Origin: a virus
Taxonomy: Duplodnaviria; Caudoviricetes
IMG/VR virus record: IMGVR_UViG_3300036982_000217
Coordinates: 6,205-70,204 of that record
Strand: one strand, 5' to 3'
Length of the DNA stretch: 64,000 bases
Positions 28,182-37,069 of this stretch are shown one piece after another. Position numbers and translations under genes: made by a program. The notes beneath the pieces were generated by a model. That model saw nothing but the letters and a program-made list of their open reading frames with translations. It had not been told where the DNA came from and ran no database searches. The number at the start of each line of letters is the position of its first letter. The first letter of the stretch is position 1.

Positions 28182-29183
28182 ATGGCTCATAATACTTGTA
28201 CAAATTGTGGATGTAAAAAATGTGGATGTTCTGATACTGCACTAATATCTCCAGCACCATGTCCTACTCCAGCAGGATGTCCTGATCCAATTGCATGTTC
28301 TGAGGTATTTGATGCAGAATGTGTTGTATATAGTGGATTACCAATTGAATGTATACAACAAGTTGTTGTTGATACTAATACAAATTTAGCAGATGCTATT
28401 AATGCAATTATTAGTTTTTTCTGTGAGTATATTACTGGTCCAGACTTAGGATCTGTTGTAGAGGTATGTAATACAAATGAGTATTTAGATATAACTTCAG
28501 TTACTGATCCAATAACAGGAGTGACTACATATACAATTTGTTTTGATCCTACACAATTACCAGTTGTACAACTTGAATCAGGAACAGGAATTAATATTAC
28601 TTCATCTACAGTAGGTAATACAACTACATATACTGTAAACGCAACAGCAAAAGAATTTTTCTATGATGACAATGTAGAAACAATAAATATTAATACTGCT
28701 GCAACACCTGGAGTTTATAGTTTTCCAAATGTAAACTATTCAGCATTATCATATACTAATGCTGGACCTGCTGCAAAGAATTATAAAGTATGGGTTTCTT
28801 ATAATACAATCACATTACCTGCTACTGCAAATAGTTCTAATATTGCAAACTGGGTAGACGGAGCAATTATAAAAACTGTAGGGTTTATTGATACAGTAAT
28901 GTATCAAAGTTTAGGAACAACTTTATTATCTGGATCACTAATGGATGGACCAAATGCTACAGATACTGTAAATAGAAGTTCATCACCTCCTGATCGAGTT
29001 TTAACAACAGCAGGAACACCAGTAGAGTTTAGATTTTTAAATGGTCAAATTCCCTCTAATGTTTCTTTCTTTTATTATATTACATTAAACGCTGGTGAAA
29101 CAGTTAGTTTAAAATTTAAAACAAAAGATGCCACATCTGCAGCTTGGTTATTACAAGCACAAATGATGGTTGAACAAATATAA
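28182..29183 (+). CDS. putative tail fibre protein
   Basis: The N-terminal AECVVYSGLPIECI is paralogous to 26491. GTGINIT...TTYTVNA fibre-shaft motif. Confidence 0.65.
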   Translation: MAHNTCTNCGCKKCGCSDTALISPAPCPTPAGCPDPIACSEVFDAECVVYSGLPIECIQQVVVDTNTNLADAINAIISFFCEYITGPDLGSVVEVCNTNEYLDITSVTDPITGVTTYTICFDPTQLPVVQLESGTGINITSSTVGNTTTYTVNATAKEFFYDDNVETININTAATPGVYSFPNVNYSALSYTNAGPAAKNYKVWVSYNTITLPATANSSNIANWVDGAIIKTVGFIDTVMYQSLGTTLLSGSLMDGPNATDTVNRSSSPPDRVLTTAGTPVEFRFLNGQIPSNVSFFYYITLNAGETVSLKFKTKDATSAAWLLQAQMMVEQI

Positions 29184-29249
29184 AGTTGCAGTTTGTTGGT
29201 TTCTGTAACAACTGGTAGAACCTCTGCACTCGCAGGGGTTTTGCTTTTA
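29184..29249 (+). ncRNA. candidate 3'UTR small RNA: seed stem-loop plus terminator
   Basis: Stem GTTGCAG/CTGTAAC with loop TTTGTTGGTTT (29192-29202), the exact reverse complement of AAACCAACAAA at 13610 and 16582. Followed by a terminator hairpin. Confidence 0.5.
29219..29249 (+). terminator. Rho-independent terminator
   Basis: AACCTCTGC-ACTC-GCAGGGGTT stem (one G-U pair) followed by TTGCTTTT. Confidence 0.8.
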
Positions 29250-29257
29250 TTCCTATA

Positions 29258-29291
29258 TTTGTTAAAGTCATTTATTTTTAGTATATTAAAT
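29258..29291 (+). promoter_or_regulatory. putative promoter TTTG-N20-TATATTAAAT
   Basis: Same architecture as 640 and 22062. Upstream of the tail operon. Confidence 0.55.
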
Positions 29292-29299
29292 AGTATAGT

Positions 29300-29881
29300 A
29301 TGAAGGAATTTAAAAGTCCTGATTTAAAGGCACCAAGGTATAGACCTGAAGTACATACCGTTATGAACAAGAAGTTCTTTGAAAGTTTTAAAAAGAAGTA
29401 TCCCAAGTATAAACACATGGATGATAAAGACTTGAGAAAGATTATTAAGCATTTTAATAATACATTTTATCAAACAGTTATTGATACAAGGGATGGTGTT
29501 CAACTACCTGAACAAATAGGTTGGATATTTATTGGCACATGTCAAGCTCCAAAAAAACAAAATACAGATTTTGCAAAGTCAAAGAAGTATGGTGTATCTG
29601 TATCAAATAAGAATTGGGAGACAGATGGTAAACTAGCAAAGATATTTTTTACAAGTTATGCGTTAAAGCATAAAATGAAAAATAGAGAGTTTTGGGGATT
29701 TACAGCTTGTAGAGAATTTAAAAGATCAGTTGCCAAAATGTATCCTGAGAATTGGAATATATATGTTGTAGTTGAACCAACAGCAAGAATAAAACTTAAC
29801 CATACTAAGAATTTTTTAGTCAACTCTATGCAAAAGAAGCTTAGAGAAGACTTAAAACAATATAATGAATTTGAACTATGA
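29300..29881 (+). CDS. HU/IHF-fold protein of the tail module
   Basis: DLRKIIKHFNNTFYQTVIDTRDGVQLPEQIGWIFI resembles the IHF core. crAss-like phages carry an IHF-like gene next to the tail genes. Confidence 0.55.
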   Translation: MKEFKSPDLKAPRYRPEVHTVMNKKFFESFKKKYPKYKHMDDKDLRKIIKHFNNTFYQTVIDTRDGVQLPEQIGWIFIGTCQAPKKQNTDFAKSKKYGVSVSNKNWETDGKLAKIFFTSYALKHKMKNREFWGFTACREFKRSVAKMYPENWNIYVVVEPTARIKLNHTKNFLVNSMQKKLREDLKQYNEFEL

Positions 29882-30543
29882 CAACTATAGGTGAAGCAAT
29901 ATCACGGGTTAGAAATACTTTAAAAGCAGTTAAAGAAGATTCTTTTTTAACTGATAGAGTAATCTATAGCTCCCTAATTAAATATGGTCAGACTCTTTTA
30001 AAAAGAGAAGATAATCAATTTAAGCTAATGAAGATCAGCTCTATATTCCAAGTGTTACCATATGTAGAGCTCATAGATGTAGATAAAGTAGAAGCCGGAT
30101 GTCTTGGAGTTTATTCTGGATGTTATTTTAAAAGAACAAAAGATAAATTACCTACTATTCTAGAAGGTACATTTGGTCCAGTTATACGCACAGTATCTTC
30201 AATAGATGGTAGTATAGAAATGTTTAGAACAGATCCCGGTACATGGGTATCTATGACAAGGACTACTACATTTAAGTATAATACAAGAAAATATTTCTGG
30301 TATTTAAATGGCTATCTATATTCACCTAATATAGATTGGGAAGCAATTAGAATGGAAGCTATATTTCAAGGAGTAACAGATCCATGTGATCCTGCTCAAG
30401 AGTGTGAGATAGCACAAGATAAATTATTAACTATTCCAGAGTATTTGTTTTCTGAGGTAGAGCAATTTGTAATTAAAGAATTAACTATGACTATGCAGGT
30501 TCCAACAGATGGTCCTGATGATGGTCAAAATATACTTAGATAA
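29878..30543 (+). CDS. ring / tail tubular protein
   Basis: EAISRVRNTLKAVKEDSFLTDRVIY N-terminal helices of the crAss ring-protein type. Confidence 0.65.
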   Translation: MTTIGEAISRVRNTLKAVKEDSFLTDRVIYSSLIKYGQTLLKREDNQFKLMKISSIFQVLPYVELIDVDKVEAGCLGVYSGCYFKRTKDKLPTILEGTFGPVIRTVSSIDGSIEMFRTDPGTWVSMTRTTTFKYNTRKYFWYLNGYLYSPNIDWEAIRMEAIFQGVTDPCDPAQECEIAQDKLLTIPEYLFSEVEQFVIKELTMTMQVPTDGPDDGQNILR

Positions 30544-31589
30544 TGGATTTTAATTATACTCTTAGATATAGAACCTTTGATCAATTGTTAGAAGATGTAA
30601 CAGTTGATTTAAACACCTTTGCTCTAGAAAATATGATAGAGCCCCAGCAATTAATTAAGCTGGTTAAAAAATTAAATTATGATCTTGGTCTAAGAGTAAA
30701 TCAAACTAAAGAAGTTATTCTAGATGTATGTCATGGTAAGGTAAAACTACCAGATGATTTTTATGTATTTAACTTTGCATTGGTGTGTGGTAACTATGTT
30801 CAACAAGTTGGATATGGACCAATGTCTGCAGGAACCAATATACAAGAAGTAAGATATCAAGAAACTCCATCTACTACAGATGTGTGTGCACCACCAACAG
30901 TTAACTGCAGAACATGTAATTCTAATCCATGTAACAAAACTGCAGCATGTGATCTTAATTTCCCTATAGTAGATCCAATACCTACAGAATATGATCCAAA
31001 TAATCCCTATGGTGATACTTGTATTGCACCTAGAGTTTTTATGAACTGTAAAGGTGAAAAATGGGAACTAGTTCAAGTGATGAATAATTCCGGAGCTACT
31101 AGAGTTTACACAGATTTATTACCATTAAGAATGAAGGCTAGTCAAGAAATAGAATGTGACTGTCCAAATCTTTATTTTAATACTGCAAACCAAGGTTGGA
31201 TAAAAGGCGGCTTTCTATTTACAACATTTGAAACTGGTAAGGTATATTTAAATTATCAAGGTGAAATGGTAAATGATCAAGGATACTTAATGGTTCCAGA
31301 TCATGATCTAATAAATGAATATTATGAATATGCTTTAAAATCTAGAATACTTGAAAACCTATATCTTAATGGTGAGGATGTAGCACAAAGAATGCAGTTA
31401 ATTGAACAAAGATTAAGAGCAGCTAGAAATCAAGCATTAAGTGTTGTCAATACACCAAACTTTAAAGAACTTGAGAAGATGTGGTGGACAAATAGAAAAG
31501 CAATGTATGGTAAGTATTACTATATGTTTGAAAGTTATTCTCCTAATGCAGCATACTATAGAAACTTAACCGGCAATAGAATAATATAA
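30543..31589 (+). CDS. ring / tail tubular protein (P22 gp4-like class)
   Basis: KLPDDF...LFTTFETGKVYLNY...GYLMVPD pattern. Directly upstream of the muzzle. Confidence 0.7.
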   Translation: MDFNYTLRYRTFDQLLEDVTVDLNTFALENMIEPQQLIKLVKKLNYDLGLRVNQTKEVILDVCHGKVKLPDDFYVFNFALVCGNYVQQVGYGPMSAGTNIQEVRYQETPSTTDVCAPPTVNCRTCNSNPCNKTAACDLNFPIVDPIPTEYDPNNPYGDTCIAPRVFMNCKGEKWELVQVMNNSGATRVYTDLLPLRMKASQEIECDCPNLYFNTANQGWIKGGFLFTTFETGKVYLNYQGEMVNDQGYLMVPDHDLINEYYEYALKSRILENLYLNGEDVAQRMQLIEQRLRAARNQALSVVNTPNFKELEKMWWTNRKAMYGKYYYMFESYSPNAAYYRNLTGNRII

Positions 31590-34500
31590 TGGCTAATAAA
31601 GGTCTTCAAAATACTACTCAGAATATTACAAATAGTTTCTCCAAAGGTCTAAATAAAGATACTGACCCATCATTTGTAACATCTGGACTATGGACACATG
31701 CAAGAAACATGGTCAATAATACTGATGAGGGTAACCTAGGTACTTTATCTAATGAAGACTCAAACTATCTCTGCGGAACAAGTGGAGAGACTATGCAGGG
31801 TGATAAAGCTATCATTGGTATTATACATTTATATGCAGACAAGTGGATTATATTCACTGTAGCAACAGTAAATGGCAAACCATTAAATTCTGAGATTGGT
31901 TTATATGAAGAAGAATCTTGTTTATATAGACCAATTGTTTCTGCACCATGTTTAAATTTTAGTCCATACAATTTAATTACTGGAGCTTCTAGACAAAAAG
32001 GAGATTGTAAGTGGGAAGTCTATTGGGCTGATGGTAGAAATCCAGATAGATACTTAAACATTGGAGATCCAAGAACATGGCCAGATTCATCTTTTCAATG
32101 GGGTGGTTCTAACCAAGCTACAGCAGGTGCAAATTATAATACATATATTTCTTCTACAGGAACTATGCTTTGGCCAATTACTGCATGGGAACAAAAATGT
32201 CCACCTGAAGATTGTAAAATATGTACAGATTTAAACTTTTTAGATTGTGACAAAATAAGACTAGCATCATTAGTACAAACACCATGTGTTCAACTTTCAA
32301 TTGCACCTGGTACAGGTACATTAGAAAATGGAACTTACTTTGCTGTTATAGCATATTCTATTAAGGGTCAAAATGTAACTAATTATTTTTCTCCAAGTAA
32401 TCTTCAACCAATATATAATCCTAATGATATTTCACAAGGATCATTACTATTAACATTAGATTTAGATACTGAAAACTTTGAGCAATTTGAATTAGTAATA
32501 GTTAGATCAATTAATGAAAATGTTCAAGCAAAACAGATTGGTTATTATTCTACTTCTGAAACATCAATCTTATTAGATGATATACCACAGACATTAATAA
32601 CTGTACCAACATCAGCTATACCATTATTAAATCCGGTATATGAGAAATCAGATCAGATAGTTAATGTTGGACAGTACTTACTTAGAATTGCTCCTACATC
32701 TAAATTTGATTTTAATTATCAGCCACTTGCTAACTTAATAAATACTAAATGGGTATCAGTTGAATATCCTGAAGACTATTACATTAATGGTGGATCTAAA
32801 GTAGGGTATCTTAGAGATGAAGTATATGCTTTCTTTATTAGATGGGTATACAATACTGGAGATAAATCTGCATCTTATCATATTCCTGGAAGACCAGAAG
32901 AAAATTATCCAACACCAAATCCAGATAATGTTCCTGCAAATACAAAAGATGCTGATTCATATACAGATAAGAATAGTTTTGTAGATAACACATTATTATT
33001 TGAAACTGTAAATACAGCTTGGCAGACAGATACATACTTTCCTAACTATCCAGTATTACCTGATGGAGGAGTTGTATTAGCTAAAGGTAAAATGGGATAC
33101 TGGCAATCTACAGAAATATATCCAGATAACCAACCTAACATATGGAATTCAAGTTCACAGTGTTGGACAGCTACTAAAGATCCAAGATATGATCTTTGTG
33201 CCAAACCTATTAGACATCACAAGTTTCCAGATAATGCATTAACACCTGATACATATCACTTCAGAGTAGAAAATGCTAATGCTTCTGATGGTAAAAAGTT
33301 TATTAGAATAATGGGTGTAGAGTTTAATAATATAATCTACCCAAAAGATAATGACGGTAATGACATTCCTAATATAGTTGGATATGAAATACTAAGGGGT
33401 TCAAGAGAAGGTAATCTTAGTATAGTTGCTAAAGGGATGATTAATAACTTTAGGACTTATCCTATACAAGGTCAATCAAAAGGTAATAGAACGGGATTGT
33501 ATGCAAACTATCCATTTAACTGTTCATTACCATTAGATAATACTGCAAATATTGGAGATCATGATTATTACTATAATGATCCTTTTATTAAAACAACCAC
33601 TATAGATAAAGATGGAAATGAGACATTTGTAAATCAAGGTATACCAAAAAACCTTCTTACATTTACATCTCCAGATACTAGCTTTAGAAATCCTTTTATA
33701 AACCAAACTGAATTAAAAATTTATGGAAGTTTAGAAGGTAACTCAGTGCATTCTTTTGTAATACCAGATAAACATCCTGAAAATCAGTTGATGAGTAATG
33801 CTGCGGTTTATATTGCAATTATAGCTGGTCTTGGAAATGCTTTATTAAACTTATTGGGTAAGAAACAGATATCATCACCAGCTCTTCCAGATTTTCAAGT
33901 ACCATATCAAAAATATGATTATTGGAATATTGTAGGTGGTAATGGTAATAACTTATCACCACCAAATCCACCACCAGGTGATTTAGATCTTTTTACAGTA
34001 AATGCAGCTGCAAGTAATGCGTTTAACTTTTATACACAACTTAATAATTATTTTAGTAGTGCAGCGCAACAAATTTCTGGTGCAATAACCGGACCTGGTA
34101 ACCCAGCAACTTTAACACTTGAAGAAATTTTTGAAACAACAGCACAGTCATATGCAAATATTGGCCTCTATCCACCAACAACACTTATAACAGATTATAA
34201 TACATCAACTATTTTAAATAATTTAGGGCTTGGTGTTTTTGCAACAAGTGCAATAAATATTGGCGTACAGTTACCATATTATTTCTCAGAAGGATTTAAT
34301 ACAACACTAAGAGTTATACAAGCATTCTTACCATTTAGACAATATGCATTACAATCATTAGCACATGGATTCTATGCAAGATTTGTTGCGCCTAATACTA
34401 ATTTCTTAAAAAGATTTAAAATTGAAAACGGATTTTATCTTAGTGATAGAAATCAAGAGGTTCCAGATTATTTAAATGGATTTGGTAATTTTCAAAGATT

Positions 34501-37069
34501 TACAATAAATAATCTTTCTAGACCTAAGACAGTCTTTATTAGAACTTCTGCCCCAAATACAACATACACAGCACCTACCATTGCTCCAACAATAGGACCG
34601 CAGTTAGTTGGTACATATGTTGGATCAACACAGCAAATTGGTTTTCAAGAAGATAACTCATTAATTAATCTTGGTAAAGCAACTGATGTTCCAAGCTTTG
34701 ATATGAGTTTTAAAAATGAATCATTATTTAAACAATTCTTAGGAAATATAGCAAGTCATTATGTTGGATTAAAATATAATGTGCAAAATCAATATGGTAG
34801 AATTGATAGTATAAAACAAGTTGTTGCAACAACATGTGAACAAAGATTTGATCCTAATAATATAATAACTCCTACCAATCCTAATGGAGATGTTAATGAA
34901 GTTTTTACATCTGCAAATTGTAATGGCGTACAAGTAATACATAAAGTATTACTACCAACACAAATCATATTTGGGGGAGATACTTATATAAATAGATTTA
35001 CAGAAAAGAATACAATGTTATTCTTCTACAACTGGTTATATAATTTACCTAATGGAACTATCTGGAACTATGCATTATATAATAATATTCCTACTGCAAG
35101 ATATTGGATGAATACTGCACCATACAGTAAGGATGAAAATCCAATTGCTGCTGGTGGTAATATTGCAACAACAATTGCAGGTATAATATCTTTACTAACT
35201 CCTCAACCAACATTTGGTACTGGTCCAATGCCAAAAGGATATTATAATTTAGATAATGATAACTATGACAGACAAAATGATACGGAAGGAAACTATCCAG
35301 GATTTTTATCTGTTAAGGATTCATACATGTATTTAGCTAATTCTGGTGTAAGAGATTTCTTTGTAGAGAGTAATGTGCTTGTAGACTTTAGATCACAAGG
35401 AACTTTACAATCACAACAACCATACATGCCATATCAATATACAGATTTAAGACAGTTATTTGATATGAATCCAGAAGTAATTACTAAGGGTAACTTCTAT
35501 AACTATGATTATTCATTAAGTGTTACTAAGTTTTTTACACAGTATCTTTCTGCCGGATCAACACAAGGTGCAAATTATGATCCTCAAGTTGCAGAATTAT
35601 GTTTTACATATTATCCAAATAGATCATTATACTCATTGTATCAAGATGATCAATCCTATGATAATAACTGGTTAATCTATTTACCATTAAATTATGTGCA
35701 GTTTAATGATAGAATTACTACGGTAAAACCTGTTGGTATGACGGGTATGATATTTACATTTCCAACTACAGGACCTTTATTCTATCAAGGTATTGATACA
35801 TTACAAACCTTATCTGGTAAAAAAGTAACTATTGGAGATGGTGGTTTATTTAGTAATCCCCCACAGTCTGCAGTAAATGCTGATGCACCATTTGAATATG
35901 GTTCATCTCAAAATGCAAGATCAGTAATATACTCACCAGCTGGATTATATTATGCATCAATGAATCAAGGTAAACTTTTTGCATATGGTGATGGTATAAA
36001 AGAAATTTCACAAAATGGATTGAAGTGGTGGTTTTCTTTATTTTTACCATATAAGCTAACAGAAGATTTTCCAGATTATCCATATCAAGATAATCCAGTA
36101 GCTGGTATTGGTGTTCAAGCAGGTTATGATACAAGATCATCTATTTTATATTTTACTAAAAAAGATTATCAGTTAAGAAAAGATATAGGTAAAGTATCTT
36201 ATAATCCAGAAACAAATAAGTTTAATTATCTTGGAGTAAATTATCCATTAGGACATCCAAATGTTTTTGTTGATGCATCATGGACTATAAGTTATGATCC
36301 AAAACTACAAGTATTTATTAGCTATCATGATTGGCATCCAGATCTTATGTTCTCTTCTAAAGAAACTGTATTTACAATAAAAGGAAATACAATTTGGAAA
36401 CATAATAATGTGTGTGGTGATTTTTGTAATTTTTATGGTGAACAATATCCTTTTGAAATAGAGTATCCAATAAATACAGGATCTGCTCCAAGTATTGTAA
36501 GATCAATAGAATATACATTAGAGTGTTATAGATATTCACAATTTAACTGTGTAGATCAATTTCATGTTCTTGATGCAAACTTTAGTCAAGCAGTTATATC
36601 TAACACAGAACAAGTATCTGGATATTTAAATCTAAATATATTTCCAAAAAATAATATTACACTTTCATTGCAATATCCTAAACTAAATCAATCTAACTTA
36701 TCTTCATTTGATATATTATTCTCAAAAGAAGAAAATAAGTATAGGTTTAATCAGTACTGGGATATTACAAGAGACAGAGGAGAATTTCCAATTGGATCAG
36801 ATTATCCTCCAACAGGACCTCTTGTTCCTGGAACTACACAACTTCTTGGTAATTATTCTGAACAATTTATTTGGAATACAGAACCAAATGGTTATATTAA
36901 AACTTTGAATAACGCAAACTTAAATTATGCTAAGTTAGATACTCAAAGAAAAAAGTTTAGGCATTACTTAAATTATTTATTTTTATCTAAACTTGCTACA
37001 GAACAAGAAAGAGATATCAACTTTATATTAAAGGTTGTAAATAGTAAAAATGAAATGTCATTAAGATAA
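31589..37069 (+). CDS. tail stabilisation / muzzle protein (P22 gp10-like class)
   Basis: N-terminal KGLNKDTDP...HARN...GTLSNE and C-terminal WTISY...FISYHDWHPD beta-propeller patterns. 1826 aa. Confidence 0.8.
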   Translation: MANKGLQNTTQNITNSFSKGLNKDTDPSFVTSGLWTHARNMVNNTDEGNLGTLSNEDSNYLCGTSGETMQGDKAIIGIIHLYADKWIIFTVATVNGKPLNSEIGLYEEESCLYRPIVSAPCLNFSPYNLITGASRQKGDCKWEVYWADGRNPDRYLNIGDPRTWPDSSFQWGGSNQATAGANYNTYISSTGTMLWPITAWEQKCPPEDCKICTDLNFLDCDKIRLASLVQTPCVQLSIAPGTGTLENGTYFAVIAYSIKGQNVTNYFSPSNLQPIYNPNDISQGSLLLTLDLDTENFEQFELVIVRSINENVQAKQIGYYSTSETSILLDDIPQTLITVPTSAIPLLNPVYEKSDQIVNVGQYLLRIAPTSKFDFNYQPLANLINTKWVSVEYPEDYYINGGSKVGYLRDEVYAFFIRWVYNTGDKSASYHIPGRPEENYPTPNPDNVPANTKDADSYTDKNSFVDNTLLFETVNTAWQTDTYFPNYPVLPDGGVVLAKGKMGYWQSTEIYPDNQPNIWNSSSQCWTATKDPRYDLCAKPIRHHKFPDNALTPDTYHFRVENANASDGKKFIRIMGVEFNNIIYPKDNDGNDIPNIVGYEILRGSREGNLSIVAKGMINNFRTYPIQGQSKGNRTGLYANYPFNCSLPLDNTANIGDHDYYYNDPFIKTTTIDKDGNETFVNQGIPKNLLTFTSPDTSFRNPFINQTELKIYGSLEGNSVHSFVIPDKHPENQLMSNAAVYIAIIAGLGNALLNLLGKKQISSPALPDFQVPYQKYDYWNIVGGNGNNLSPPNPPPGDLDLFTVNAAASNAFNFYTQLNNYFSSAAQQISGAITGPGNPATLTLEEIFETTAQSYANIGLYPPTTLITDYNTSTILNNLGLGVFATSAINIGVQLPYYFSEGFNTTLRVIQAFLPFRQYALQSLAHGFYARFVAPNTNFLKRFKIENGFYLSDRNQEVPDYLNGFGNFQRFTINNLSRPKTVFIRTSAPNTTYTAPTIAPTIGPQLVGTYVGSTQQIGFQEDNSLINLGKATDVPSFDMSFKNESLFKQFLGNIASHYVGLKYNVQNQYGRIDSIKQVVATTCEQRFDPNNIITPTNPNGDVNEVFTSANCNGVQVIHKVLLPTQIIFGGDTYINRFTEKNTMLFFYNWLYNLPNGTIWNYALYNNIPTARYWMNTAPYSKDENPIAAGGNIATTIAGIISLLTPQPTFGTGPMPKGYYNLDNDNYDRQNDTEGNYPGFLSVKDSYMYLANSGVRDFFVESNVLVDFRSQGTLQSQQPYMPYQYTDLRQLFDMNPEVITKGNFYNYDYSLSVTKFFTQYLSAGSTQGANYDPQVAELCFTYYPNRSLYSLYQDDQSYDNNWLIYLPLNYVQFNDRITTVKPVGMTGMIFTFPTTGPLFYQGIDTLQTLSGKKVTIGDGGLFSNPPQSAVNADAPFEYGSSQNARSVIYSPAGLYYASMNQGKLFAYGDGIKEISQNGLKWWFSLFLPYKLTEDFPDYPYQDNPVAGIGVQAGYDTRSSILYFTKKDYQLRKDIGKVSYNPETNKFNYLGVNYPLGHPNVFVDASWTISYDPKLQVFISYHDWHPDLMFSSKETVFTIKGNTIWKHNNVCGDFCNFYGEQYPFEIEYPINTGSAPSIVRSIEYTLECYRYSQFNCVDQFHVLDANFSQAVISNTEQVSGYLNLNIFPKNNITLSLQYPKLNQSNLSSFDILFSKEENKYRFNQYWDITRDRGEFPIGSDYPPTGPLVPGTTQLLGNYSEQFIWNTEPNGYIKTLNNANLNYAKLDTQRKKFRHYLNYLFLSKLATEQERDINFILKVVNSKNEMSLR

